Shown here piece after piece: positions 9,555-19,881 of a stretch of DNA of 64,000 bases. The notes under the pieces were generated by a model. It searched no databases and was not told where the DNA came from. It worked only from the letters and a program-made list of their open reading frames with translations. The stretch covers positions 5,949 through 69,948 of the IMG/VR virus record IMGVR_UViG_3300042049_000003; one strand, given 5' to 3'. The translations under genes and the position numbers were made by a program. The DNA comes from a virus. Positions within the stretch are counted from its first letter, which is position 1. Every line of letters starts with the position of its first letter.

Positions 9555-12500
9555 TTGGTTTCCTTAGCAGAACTAGACGTTGTCATTAAAACAAGAACCT
9601 CTGTTGAGAACTTAAAGAAAGTTAAGAGAGAGGCTAAGGATACCGCATCATCAGTCGTCTCATCTACTGAACGTATGGAAGGGTCTTTTAGAGGAGCTTC
9701 TAGAAGTGTTCTTTCCTTTAGAGGTGTCTTAACAGGTGTATCATTAGGTTTTGGTCTTATACAGTCTATAAGAACTCTTTCAGAGTTTGAGAGAGCGATG
9801 CATGCTGTTAAAGCTATTTCTGGCGCAACTGGTAGTGTGTTTACAGATTTATCCAATAAAGCTAAGTTTCTTGGCTCTACAACAATGTTTACAGCATCTG
9901 AGTCTGCAGAAGGAATGAAGTTTCTAGCTCAAGCGGGTTTTAATGCTGGAGAGATTATCTCAGGTATCGGACCAAGTTTGCAGTTAGCAGCTGCGGGTAT
10001 GCTTTCTCTGGGAGAAGCCGCAGATTTTTCCTCTAACATTCTTTCTACTTTTAATATTGAAGCTTCTAATCTTACTTTTGTCGGAGACATTTTAGCTAGA
10101 ATATCCGCTAGATCAAATACATCTGTAAGACAGATGGCAGAAGCTATGAAATATGTCGGACCTGTAGCAGCAGCTTTAGATCAGGATTTGAGAGATGTAG
10201 CTGCTGCTCTAGGTGTTCTTGGTGATTCAGGTTTACAATCATCTCTTGCCGGTACTGGTCTAAGACAAGCTATGTTAGCCCTAGTCTCCCCTACTAAACT
10301 TGCTCAAAGGACTTTAGAGTCAATGAACGTGGATTTAGAGAAGATAAATCCAGCAGCTAATAGTGTTATTGATGTTATTAACGAGTTAGGTAGAGCCCAA
10401 ATTACAGCTGCTCAATCTTCTGATATTTTTGGGGTAAGGGCTTCTGGTAGTATTCTTATTCTGACTCAAAGTAGAGATCGTTTAAAAGAGTTAACTACAG
10501 AAGCTTATGGAGCTTCAGGTGCTCTTGAAGAGATGATGTTTGTTATGATGAATAACTTGTACGGTGTTTTCAAGGAGTTTAAATCCTCTCTAGAGGGTTT
10601 GGTTCTAACCTTGGGTGCAAGTGGTTTGACAAAAGTTCTGATGGAGTCCACAAGAGCTTTAACTGATTTTGTTCGTGCAGTCTCAGGTTCTTTAGACACC
10701 ACCAAAGAGGGTGCGGATAATGTTTACCTTCTTGTAGATGGGTTTAAGATTTTAGGTGCTACAATTGCCAGTTTTTATATTGGGAAGTTCGTCAGTTCAA
10801 TGGCTGCAGCAACGATCGGTATTATTTCCTATACTACTGCTGTAATTGCTACCTCAAAATCTTTAGGTATTGCTGCTACAGCCCAGGCGGCTTTTAATCT
10901 TGTTATAAAATCGAACCCTTATGTTTTTGTGGCTACTACACTAGGTGCGGTGTTGGCTGCCTATACTATATTTTCTAGTAATACTAGAGATGCCAAAGAG
11001 GCTACAGATGTGTTTAACGAAGCTATGAAATCTTCTAAAAATGCATTAGATAGTTACAGAAGTAGTCTAGAGCTTGCTAACATAGGTCTAAGCCCTGTAT
11101 CTACAGATGAGTTACAAGCTTCATCAGTTCACTTAGATGAAGCTTTAGAGAGACAGAAAACCTCTATACTAGAGTTTAAAGAAATTATCTCAGGGTTGTA
11201 TGATAGCTTTAACTTTTCGGATATCTCGTTCGATGACTCTATACAATCAGTTTTCAAGGATCTTATTGTGTCAAGTGTCCACACTACAAAAGAGGCTAAA
11301 AAGACAAGGCAAGAAATAACGCTTTTGTTTGATGCTTTTGACAGTGGTAAGGAATCTTTAGATGGTTTGATTTATGGGCTAGCAGAATTGGCTAAAGAAA
11401 ACTCTGTGTTTACAGGAACTATTGAATCTACTGTTACGAATCTTATAGAATTGAAGAAAGGGTATTCTGAGGTCATAGACCAGAGGAATTCTCTTATAGC
11501 ACAGAAATCTTCTATAGAAGCAGCTTTGGTAGGTGATTTAGATGCTTTTAATCTGGATAATGTAACAGATAGAATAGTTCTTACAGAAACAGCATTTAAA
11601 ATGTTAGGAAAGACTTCACAAGAAGCTCTTGCTATGACAGAACAAGCTATAAGGAAAGCCAATCTGGTTGCAAGGTCTTTGGAAGGTTTTCAAGCAAAAG
11701 CTTCTGACCCTGCTCTAGTCTTGTTAGAAACTAACGTCACAGCTATTGAGGAGAGAAGAGATATTCTCGTCGCATCTCTAAAAGGTCAAAAAGCAACTGC
11801 AGATTCTATTCTTTCTGTTATATCTTCCGCAGACATTCAGATAGGGAGATTGAGAGATGAGTTTGACAGGATTTCTTCTTCACGAAGCAAGGCTTCTGAC
11901 TTTGATAGAGTTACTGAGACTTTAACAAAGAACATCACTATTTTAAGGGCTACTGAAGGGTTATCAAGGGAGATAGCCAGCAACCTACTAGCTGCAGGTT
12001 TAAGTCCTTCTTTTGATGAGGAATCTTTAAAAGGTAAGACTAAAGCTATAGTAGATTTAACCACCGCTCTATATAACTTAGAGAATCCTGTGTTGAGTGG
12101 ACAGGAAAAGGGTATTAAAGAGACTTTAGAAAGTATGGAAAGTTTATCTGAAGGGGTTGCAGATGCTTTCGGGGACGCTGTAAAAAGTATGATTCTTGAT
12201 GGGACATCTCTTCAAGACTCTTTATCTAACATTGCAAGATCTATTCAACAACTTGTTGTTGAGCTTTTAGTTATGGAACCATTAAAGAGAGGGTTAGTGG
12301 CAGCTTTCTCTGGACCAGCTGGAAGTGGGGGAGGGCTCTTCGGCGCAGCAACCTCTGCAATAGGCTCTCAAGTCTCCTCTATATTCACAGCACATAGAGG
12401 GGGAGTTGTTGGAAATTCGACATCTTTTTCTGGAGATTCAGCTTTAGCTGCTAATTTTATAAAATCTTCTTTACGAAGAGCAGAACATTTGTCTATATTG

Positions 12501-12728
12501 GAAGAAGGAGAAGAAGTTCTACCTAGAACAGACCCCCGACATGTACAGAACGTGTTTCAGAACCAAACACCTCAAAGACGGAATAACTCGTCAGGGAAAG
12601 GAAGCAGCAGTCCTATTATTAATATGTACATTACGACTCAAGATGCAACATCATTTTCTAAAGGTAAGGGGAGAATGTTATCTGAGATGTTGTTAGCTCT
12701 TAAAAATGCAAATCAAAGAACAAGTTAA
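9555..12728 (+). CDS. Tape measure protein, TP901 family
   Basis: AISGATG...LGSTTMFTASESAEGMKFLAQAGF core and C-terminal AHRGGVVG...ILEEGEEVL. 1057 aa implies a tail of roughly 150 nm. Confidence 0.95.
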   Translation: MVSLAELDVVIKTRTSVENLKKVKREAKDTASSVVSSTERMEGSFRGASRSVLSFRGVLTGVSLGFGLIQSIRTLSEFERAMHAVKAISGATGSVFTDLSNKAKFLGSTTMFTASESAEGMKFLAQAGFNAGEIISGIGPSLQLAAAGMLSLGEAADFSSNILSTFNIEASNLTFVGDILARISARSNTSVRQMAEAMKYVGPVAAALDQDLRDVAAALGVLGDSGLQSSLAGTGLRQAMLALVSPTKLAQRTLESMNVDLEKINPAANSVIDVINELGRAQITAAQSSDIFGVRASGSILILTQSRDRLKELTTEAYGASGALEEMMFVMMNNLYGVFKEFKSSLEGLVLTLGASGLTKVLMESTRALTDFVRAVSGSLDTTKEGADNVYLLVDGFKILGATIASFYIGKFVSSMAAATIGIISYTTAVIATSKSLGIAATAQAAFNLVIKSNPYVFVATTLGAVLAAYTIFSSNTRDAKEATDVFNEAMKSSKNALDSYRSSLELANIGLSPVSTDELQASSVHLDEALERQKTSILEFKEIISGLYDSFNFSDISFDDSIQSVFKDLIVSSVHTTKEAKKTRQEITLLFDAFDSGKESLDGLIYGLAELAKENSVFTGTIESTVTNLIELKKGYSEVIDQRNSLIAQKSSIEAALVGDLDAFNLDNVTDRIVLTETAFKMLGKTSQEALAMTEQAIRKANLVARSLEGFQAKASDPALVLLETNVTAIEERRDILVASLKGQKATADSILSVISSADIQIGRLRDEFDRISSSRSKASDFDRVTETLTKNITILRATEGLSREIASNLLAAGLSPSFDEESLKGKTKAIVDLTTALYNLENPVLSGQEKGIKETLESMESLSEGVADAFGDAVKSMILDGTSLQDSLSNIARSIQQLVVELLVMEPLKRGLVAAFSGPAGSGGGLFGAATSAIGSQVSSIFTAHRGGVVGNSTSFSGDSALAANFIKSSLRRAEHLSILEEGEEVLPRTDPRHVQNVFQNQTPQRRNNSSGKGSSSPIINMYITTQDATSFSKGKGRMLSEMLLALKNANQRTS

Positions 12729-12737
12729 GGAGGAAGA

Positions 12738-13328
12738 ATGAGTTTTCATGAAGTATTATTCCCTGTAGATATTTCTTACGGGGCTTCGGGAGGGCCGATG
12801 TACAGTACATCGGTTACAATGTCAGACAGTGGATTTGAACAGAGAAATATAAATTGGGCTCAGTCAAGATTAAGATGGGAAGTTGTCCACGCTATTAAGA
12901 CAGATGAACAGATGAGAGAGCTAATCGAATTTTTTAGAGCAAGAAAAGGTAAAGCTTACGGTTTCAGATTTAAAGACTGGTCAGATTATACAGCAGTAGA
13001 CCAGCCAGCGTCTTTAATAACGGGAGAAACTAGAAAGTTTCAGTGTAGGAAGCAGTATGTTTCAGGTCCTAGAACGGAAGTTCGTGAGATAAAGAAGTTA
13101 GCAGATGGTACAGTAAAGGTTAAAGATGGCGCTACTGAGACAGCTAATTTCACAGTAGATAATAACACAGGAATTATCTCACTAGGTTTTACACCTGTTA
13201 ATCAGGTAACGACATCATTCGAGTTTCACGTACCATGTAGATTCGATACAGACTCCATGGATTTTTCATTAGACTTCTTTAACACATCCACCTGGTCAAG
13301 CGTCCCTATTGTGGAGTTAAGGGTATGA
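12738..13328 (+). CDS. GTA-type distal tail protein (DUF2460-like)
   Basis: FHEVLFPVDISYGASGGP, FFRARKGKAYGFRFKDWSD and FEFHVPCRFDTD motifs. Confidence 0.9.
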   Translation: MSFHEVLFPVDISYGASGGPMYSTSVTMSDSGFEQRNINWAQSRLRWEVVHAIKTDEQMRELIEFFRARKGKAYGFRFKDWSDYTAVDQPASLITGETRKFQCRKQYVSGPRTEVREIKKLADGTVKVKDGATETANFTVDNNTGIISLGFTPVNQVTTSFEFHVPCRFDTDSMDFSLDFFNTSTWSSVPIVELRV

Positions 13329-14224
13329 GGGATTTAGGCGCTGCCTTACTGGCACATCTCAGTCAAGAAGTGACCACAATATGTTTTTGTTGGAAGATAG
13401 TTCGTTCAGACAATACTGTTATAGGGTTTACAAACCATGATTTAGATATTGAGTTTGACGGTGTGAAGTATGAAGCTTCTACAGGATTTTCTTCTTCATC
13501 TATGAAGTCCACAGATAGTCTCTCAGTGGATGATATGGAAGCACAAGGGATACTAGGAGCATTAGATTCAGAAACGATAACAGAGCAAGATCTACAGAAT
13601 GGGTTGTATGACAACGCAGATATAGAGATATATGTTGTTAACTGGGAAGATATTTCTCAAAGGTCTTTAGAGAGATTTGGAACTATTGGAGAGGTAGAAC
13701 GCTCTGGCAGATTCTTTAAGACAGAGATTAGAGGATACTCTCATGTTTTGGGTCAACCTTTTGGAAGGTTATATCAGAGAACTTGTCCTTATGTTGTAGG
13801 AGACAGTGAGTGTAGGGTTAATCTTAGTGGATCAACTTTTATAGCTTCTGGTGTGGTTAGTACAGTAGACGGGCGTTCTGTGTTCCATAGCACAGGTTTA
13901 GATATGTCTGCGTCGGGGTGGTTCACTAAAGGAGTTCTAACGTGGACATCTGGACATAATACAGGAAGAAGGATAGATGTTAGGTCACACGGATTAGAGA
14001 ACACAATTTCTAGAATCCAAATTCTTTACCCAATGGGGAGAGACATTCAAGTAGGGGACTCATTTTCTATTAGTGCAGGGTGTGACAATGAGTTCAAAAC
14101 TTGTAAGGAAAAGTTTAATAACGCTATTAACTTTGGAGGTTTTCCTCATATGCCTGGTAATGATTTTATAGCTTCCTACCCAAATAAAGGGGGTGGTAAT
14201 GATGGTTCAAAGCTTGTTGATTAA
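13325..14224 (+). CDS. GTA-type tail hub protein (DUF2163/BR0599-like)
   Basis: CFCWKIVRSD..IGFTNHD, YQRTCPYVVGDSEC, GCDNEFKTCKEKFNNAINFGGFPHMPG. Confidence 0.92.
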   Translation: MRDLGAALLAHLSQEVTTICFCWKIVRSDNTVIGFTNHDLDIEFDGVKYEASTGFSSSSMKSTDSLSVDDMEAQGILGALDSETITEQDLQNGLYDNADIEIYVVNWEDISQRSLERFGTIGEVERSGRFFKTEIRGYSHVLGQPFGRLYQRTCPYVVGDSECRVNLSGSTFIASGVVSTVDGRSVFHSTGLDMSASGWFTKGVLTWTSGHNTGRRIDVRSHGLENTISRIQILYPMGRDIQVGDSFSISAGCDNEFKTCKEKFNNAINFGGFPHMPGNDFIASYPNKGGGNDGSKLVD

Positions 14225-14666
14225 ACAGCTAACACCAGACACCATTATACAAGAGGTAAGGTCTTGGATAGGAACTCCTTACATCCACCAACAAAGAAAG
14301 AAACAGGTAGCTACAGATTGCATCGGCCTTGTGTACGGAGTCTATTCTAATCTAGTAGGAGAAGTTCTAGAAGAGTCTGTTGTACCTTACTCACCTTCTT
14401 GGGCTGAAGAGGGTAACAAAGACATTTTAAGTACAGCATTATCTAAATATCTCGTTAGAGTTTCTTCTAGCTCTAGGAGAAAAGGTTCTATTGTAGTATT
14501 TTCCTTTAAAGAAAACACTGCCATGAAGCATGTAGCTTTTTTAAGTGGTGATGGTTGTATGATTCATGCATACGGAACACACCCAGTCCATGAGACTACA
14601 CTTTCCCCTTGGTGGGAGAGTAGAATTCGTCAGGTTTACGAGCTACCTAACATGGAAGAGGTTTAA
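14193..14666 (+). CDS. NlpC/P60 tail-tip cell wall peptidase
   Basis: SWIGTPYIHQ...DCIGLV (catalytic Cys) and KHVAF...MIHA. The start may be at 14199/14202. Confidence 0.9.
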   Translation: MVMMVQSLLIKQLTPDTIIQEVRSWIGTPYIHQQRKKQVATDCIGLVYGVYSNLVGEVLEESVVPYSPSWAEEGNKDILSTALSKYLVRVSSSSRRKGSIVVFSFKENTAMKHVAFLSGDGCMIHAYGTHPVHETTLSPWWESRIRQVYELPNMEEV

Positions 14667-15622
14667 TGGCTACTTTACTATTAGCAGTTGGGGGAGCAGG
14701 TGTAGCTTCTGGACTAGGGTTAACAGCTTCTGCTGCCGCTGGTTCTATTGCTGCATCGATGGGCGTTGCAGGTATAGGAGTTGTATCTACTATCTTAGGT
14801 TCGATTATAGATAGTTATCTTTTTCAACCTCATTCAAAACATGAAGGACCTAGATTAAACGCCCTTCAGATTCAGTCATCTACTGAAGGGTCACCTATAG
14901 TTGAAGTGTTTGGAAAAGCAAGAGTTGCAGGTCAACTTATATGGGCTACAAATTTTAGAGAAGTGTCGAAGGTAGAATCTTCTACAGTTGGGGGTAAGGG
15001 AGGTGCTGGAACAGCTGTCACTACAACAACCTACGAGTATTATGTATCGCTAGCCTTTGCGCTATGTAGAAAGATAACGTCTTTAGATAGAATATGGGCG
15101 GATGGTAAGCTAGTAGTTAGAAAACCTCGAAGAATCGTTGAGTCCTTTGCTCCTACTTTAGTTAAATTTGTGTCTTCTAGCTCTGCTGGAAGTGGTGGAG
15201 CATACATAGAGCTAGTTACTGCTGAAATGAGAGCGGGTATACCTTCTGTTGTTGTAGGTGCGGAGTTATCTGTCACCATTCTCGAAGGGGAACGAGACAA
15301 TGTGGGAATATACGTAATTACTTATATTAGATTTTCTCAGTTTCATGTTAAACTAGGTGTAACCCCAGATCTTACAGACGCTAGAATTGTAGAAGATGTA
15401 TTTATGGGTATGAGGATTCTGCATGAAATAGCAGACTTAAACCCTCCTTCTATTTATCTAGGGTTGGACACACAGAATCCTGACTCAGTCATAACCTCTG
15501 TACAAGGTGTTGGTAATACCCCTGCATATAGAGGCGTAAGCTACGTAGTTCTTGAGGATATACCCTTAGGGAGATATGGAAATAGAATACCGAACTTTTT
15601 ATTTGAGGTGGAGAATGGCTAG
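14666..15622 (+). CDS. Short paralog of the tail-tip (megatron-like) N-terminal region with a unique insertion
   Basis: EGPRLNALQIQSSTEGSPI..VFGKARVAGQLIWAT and PAYRGVSYVVLEDIPLGRYGNRIPNFLFEV; stops before the TIM-barrel region. Confidence 0.8.
   Translation: MATLLLAVGGAGVASGLGLTASAAAGSIAASMGVAGIGVVSTILGSIIDSYLFQPHSKHEGPRLNALQIQSSTEGSPIVEVFGKARVAGQLIWATNFREVSKVESSTVGGKGGAGTAVTTTTYEYYVSLAFALCRKITSLDRIWADGKLVVRKPRRIVESFAPTLVKFVSSSSAGSGGAYIELVTAEMRAGIPSVVVGAELSVTILEGERDNVGIYVITYIRFSQFHVKLGVTPDLTDARIVEDVFMGMRILHEIADLNPPSIYLGLDTQNPDSVITSVQGVGNTPAYRGVSYVVLEDIPLGRYGNRIPNFLFEVENG
14921..14951 (+). repeat. 31-bp direct repeat shared by the two tail-tip paralogs (second copy 16094-16124)
   Basis: AGAGTTGCAGGTCAACTTATATGGGCTACAA is identical at both sites. 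Confidence 0.9.
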
Positions 15623-15821
15623 TAAACTTTTAAGCTTGAAAGATCGTATAGATAAGTCATGTAAATTAAAACTTCTAAGAAAGAGATACGGATTATCTAT
15701 CAAAGATGCTTCAAAAATGTTAGGTGTTCAAGAAATCACTTTAAAGAGGATGGAAGGTGGTGTAGAGTTTATCCCTTTTAAAGAGGAAGATCTTTCAAGT
15801 ATATTTCTTGACATAAATTAG
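15615..15821 (+). CDS. Small XRE/Cro-like HTH protein
   Basis: LKLLRKRYGLSIKDASKMLGVQEITLKRMEGG; ATG 15615 after GAGGTGGAG. Confidence 0.7.
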   Translation: MASKLLSLKDRIDKSCKLKLLRKRYGLSIKDASKMLGVQEITLKRMEGGVEFIPFKEEDLSSIFLDIN

Positions 15822-15832
15822 CAAGGCTTCTC

Positions 15833-18800
15833 ATGGCAACTCTATTACTAGGTGTAGCTAGTTCCGGTCTGGCTACTGCAACAGGAGTTACGGCAGCAGC
15901 TGCTGGAGGTTCTATTGGAGCATCGTTTGTTCAAGCAGGGATTGGAGCTGTTTCAGTTATCTTAGGAAGTTATATCGATAATCTTCTGTTTGGAGGTATT
16001 CGAGATAGAACTCATGAGGGACCAAGGCTAACCGAATTAAAAATAACAGGTTCTACAGAAGGCGCACCTATTCTTGAAGTGTTTGGGAATGTTAGAGTTG
16101 CAGGTCAACTTATATGGGCTACAAGACATAATCAGATAGAGACTCCAGATTTACCTATAAAAATTAAGTATACTATCTCCCTTGCTATAGCAATATGTAA
16201 GGGTCCTGTCTCAATGATAAGAAGAGTGTGGGCTGATCAACAGTTCATAGATCAGAGCGATAGTAAAGTAAGGATTTACTATGGAGACCAAACTCAAGAT
16301 ATAGATCCTTTAATGACTACTATTCAAGGGTCTGGGAACGTCCCATCCTATAGAGGAGTTTGTTATATCGTTTTAGAAGACCTAGACTTACAAAGATTTG
16401 GCAACAGAATACCTATTTTTAATTTTGAGGTTGTGAATACTTTACCTAAGACAGGTGGTTCTGTAGAAGACCTAATACAAGCTGTAACTATGATTCCAGG
16501 TTCTACAGAGCATGGATATGATCCACTTGAAGTTAAGGATGTTTCTGGGTTCCCTACCACAGAGAATGAAACATCTTCAGAACAACAGACTCGATCTGAC
16601 GCACAGAGAACAGAGAAATCAGCTGGGACAGTTGTAAACATTCAAAATAAGATAGGGTACACCGATTGGAAAGCTTCACTAGATGAACTACAAAAAGTGT
16701 GTAAGAACGTAAAGTCCGTTCTACTTGTTATAGCTTGGATGGGTTCTGATCTTAGGTTAGGAGAGTGTAAGATAAGACCTAAGATAGAGTACAAAGGTGG
16801 AAAGGTTACAAACCCTATATGGAAGGTGAATAATATAACGAGGCAAGACGCTATCCTCGTAAGCTATTTCAATGGTTCTGCTTCGTACGGATCATCCCCT
16901 TCTGATGGATCTGTTATAAGAGCTATAAAGGATTTAAAGGAAAGAGGGTTAGAAGTTATATTTTACCCTTTAATCATGATGGATATTCCGCAAGGGAGTA
17001 CTTTACCTAACCCATACAGCCCAGGTCAAAATCAACCTTCATACCCTTGGAGAGGTAGGATTACATGTTTTCCTGCACCGGGTGTACCTAACTCACCAGA
17101 TAAATCTAGTGCTGTTAACGCAGAAATAGATAAATTTTTCGGTACTGCTATTCCTTCAGATTTTATCTTTAGAGATGAGACAACTATTTTTAGACAAGGG
17201 GTAGTTGTAGCAGAAGAGGATGAAGAGTGGGGTTTTAACAGAATGGTTCTTCACTATGCGCACTTATGCGCAAATGCAGGTGGTGTAGATTCATTTATAA
17301 TAGGGACAGAACTTAGGGGGATAACCTCACTAAGATCAAGTACCTCTACATACCCTGCTGTAGATAAGCTTGTAGAGCTTTCTTCTCATGTGAGAACTGT
17401 AGTTGGATCTTCTACTAAGATAGGTTATTCAGCAGATTGGTCAGAGTATGCAGGTCATGACCCATATGACGGTTCAAATGATTTTGCTTTCCATTTAGAT
17501 ACATTATGGGCTTCTTCCAATATAGACTTTGTAGGGATTGATAATTACTTACCTATGTCTGATTGGAGAGAGGGAAGGCAGCACTTAGATTCTAAAGCAG
17601 GGTTTAAGAGTATTTATGATATTGAATATCTTCACTCAAACATAGAAGGTGGAGAGTACTACGACTGGTATTATTCTTCTGAAGGTGCTACCGGTAATGA
17701 AGCATCTGTAGATAGAATAAATCAGAACCGTAGAGATATAACAGATGGAAGGTATAATAAACCTTGGGTTTATAGGAAGAAAGATTTTAAGAATTGGTGG
17801 TTAAACTTTCACTTTAACAGGGAGGCAGGTGCAGAAGTATCTTCACATACAGCATGGGTTCCTCAATCAAAGCCTATAGTGTTTACGGAGGCTGGTACTG
17901 CTGCGGTAGATAGGTCAACAAACCAACCAAACGTTTTTGTTGATGATAAATCTTTTGAAAGTTTTAAACCTTACTTTTCAATGTCTCGAAGAGATGACTA
18001 TATGCAGAGGCAGTTCTTGAGATCTATACATTCGTATTGGGAACCGTCTAAAGGTAACAATCCCTCCTCGAATAGGTATAGCGGTTCTATGTTAGATAGT
18101 GATAGAATTCATATATGGACGTGGGATGCTAGGCCTTATCCAGCTTTCCCTAACAGAACAGACTATTGGTCAGATGCTAAGAACTGGTCAGAGAATCACT
18201 GGATTACAGGAAGGATGGGTTTCGTGGATTTAAAAGATTTGGTGCTAGCTATTGCATTGAGAAGCGGCGCACCTGCTTCTAGAATAGATGCTTCTTCTTT
18301 AGAAGGAACTGTCCAAGGATATGTTATCGACAGAAGAATGTCTTCTAGAGCAGCTTTAAATCAGTTAATGAGTTTATACAGGTTCTCTGCTATAGAGACA
18401 GACGGAAAGATTAAGTTCCAGCATAGAAACCAAGCTCCGACAGTCTTTATCCCTACAGCAGATTTAATCAGAGATGTGACTGATGATGATAGCAATTTAT
18501 ATAATATTGCAAGATCACAAGAAACTGATTTACCTAGGGTATTGTCTTTCAATTACATTGATACCTTAGCCAACTATAGACAATCCGTAGTAGATGCTAA
18601 GAACAGAACCACTACATCTACTCGAGAGGATAGCATAAATTATTCCATAGGCTTGAACACAGCTCAAGCTCAAGGCATTGTAGAAAGCTTACTTTCAGAG
18701 GTATGGGCTGGAAGAGAGAAGTTAGATTTCACTCTTCCAATGAAGTACTGGTATTTAGAGCCTGGGGATGTCATTACCTTTTCTCTAGCTGGTTTCGTAT

Positions 18801-19879
18801 CTACGTTTAGGATTATAACGGTTATCAAGGAGTTTGCGATTCAGGTTGAGTGTATAAGGATGGATGAGAGTTCGTTCACAGTTATACCAGGTACAGATAG
18901 AGATCCCATTAAGGAGATTATTGCTATTTCTTCTCCTGTAAAGCTCTACATTCTTGAACTTCCTTTAAAGGAAGATACAGCAAACCCTTCATACCCTTTT
19001 GCAGCAAGTGCAGGAGCACCTTGGTCAGGTGCTTCTATCTACAGCTCAGCTACAACGACTAACTACACTCTCAATATATCTATTCCTAATAGAACTGTGT
19101 TAGGAAACACTAGATCAGTTCTTAAAGGTTCACAATCCATCTTTCTGCAAACAGATGAAGAGTTGTTATTAGATTTAAACTTCGGAAATTTACAATCTAT
19201 CTCAAAGGCAGATTTACTTAACGGAGGAAATTTATGTGCTATAGAAACTTCAACGGATGTTTGGGAGGTTCTACAGTTTATGACTGCTGAGGCAACAGGT
19301 GTGAATCAGTGGAAGATATCTAAATTCCTTAGGGGTAGAGGTGGTACAGAACATGCGATAGCAGCCACACTCGCTATAGGAGCTAAATTTGTGCTATTAG
19401 ATAGTTCAACGTTAGTGAAGATAACATCTGGTACAGGAAACATTGGGGCTGCTATTAATTATAAGTACGGTCCTTCAAACAAAGCTATAGGTTCAGACAG
19501 TTACTCTACAACAGCGTTTACAGCAAAGGGTGTAGCATTAAAGCCACTCTCTCCGGTACACCTTAAAGTAGTAAGGGATGGTAGCACTTCTGATGTAGAG
19601 ATATCTTGGATAAGGAGGACTAGATATGATGGAAGGTGGGCAAACCATGTAGATGTTCCACTGAACGAAGATAGTGAGTTATACGAAGTTACAGTTTTTA
19701 AAGGTTCTGTTTTAAAGAGAACAGAAATTATATCTACCTCTACTTATACGTACACGAGTGCTAAACAGATAGAAGATACTATTAGTTCAGGGTCTGGGTC
19801 GGCAATTAATGTAACAGTTAAGCAGATAAGTGCAATAGTAGGGAACGGTTACCCTTCGTCAATAGAGTATAGGAGTTAA
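15833..19879 (+). CDS. Tail-tip/host specificity protein, GTA megatron-like with glycoside hydrolase TIM-barrel-like domain
   Basis: 1348 aa with YPWRGRITC, HYAHLCANAGGVDSFIIGTELRG, YSADWSEY, DFVGIDNYLPMSDWR, WTWDARPYPAFP and SWIRRTR motifs. Confidence 0.92.
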   Translation: MATLLLGVASSGLATATGVTAAAAGGSIGASFVQAGIGAVSVILGSYIDNLLFGGIRDRTHEGPRLTELKITGSTEGAPILEVFGNVRVAGQLIWATRHNQIETPDLPIKIKYTISLAIAICKGPVSMIRRVWADQQFIDQSDSKVRIYYGDQTQDIDPLMTTIQGSGNVPSYRGVCYIVLEDLDLQRFGNRIPIFNFEVVNTLPKTGGSVEDLIQAVTMIPGSTEHGYDPLEVKDVSGFPTTENETSSEQQTRSDAQRTEKSAGTVVNIQNKIGYTDWKASLDELQKVCKNVKSVLLVIAWMGSDLRLGECKIRPKIEYKGGKVTNPIWKVNNITRQDAILVSYFNGSASYGSSPSDGSVIRAIKDLKERGLEVIFYPLIMMDIPQGSTLPNPYSPGQNQPSYPWRGRITCFPAPGVPNSPDKSSAVNAEIDKFFGTAIPSDFIFRDETTIFRQGVVVAEEDEEWGFNRMVLHYAHLCANAGGVDSFIIGTELRGITSLRSSTSTYPAVDKLVELSSHVRTVVGSSTKIGYSADWSEYAGHDPYDGSNDFAFHLDTLWASSNIDFVGIDNYLPMSDWREGRQHLDSKAGFKSIYDIEYLHSNIEGGEYYDWYYSSEGATGNEASVDRINQNRRDITDGRYNKPWVYRKKDFKNWWLNFHFNREAGAEVSSHTAWVPQSKPIVFTEAGTAAVDRSTNQPNVFVDDKSFESFKPYFSMSRRDDYMQRQFLRSIHSYWEPSKGNNPSSNRYSGSMLDSDRIHIWTWDARPYPAFPNRTDYWSDAKNWSENHWITGRMGFVDLKDLVLAIALRSGAPASRIDASSLEGTVQGYVIDRRMSSRAALNQLMSLYRFSAIETDGKIKFQHRNQAPTVFIPTADLIRDVTDDDSNLYNIARSQETDLPRVLSFNYIDTLANYRQSVVDAKNRTTTSTREDSINYSIGLNTAQAQGIVESLLSEVWAGREKLDFTLPMKYWYLEPGDVITFSLAGFVSTFRIITVIKEFAIQVECIRMDESSFTVIPGTDRDPIKEIIAISSPVKLYILELPLKEDTANPSYPFAASAGAPWSGASIYSSATTTNYTLNISIPNRTVLGNTRSVLKGSQSIFLQTDEELLLDLNFGNLQSISKADLLNGGNLCAIETSTDVWEVLQFMTAEATGVNQWKISKFLRGRGGTEHAIAATLAIGAKFVLLDSSTLVKITSGTGNIGAAINYKYGPSNKAIGSDSYSTTAFTAKGVALKPLSPVHLKVVRDGSTSDVEISWIRRTRYDGRWANHVDVPLNEDSELYEVTVFKGSVLKRTEIISTSTYTYTSAKQIEDTISSGSGSAINVTVKQISAIVGNGYPSSIEYRS

Positions 19880-19881
19880 AA

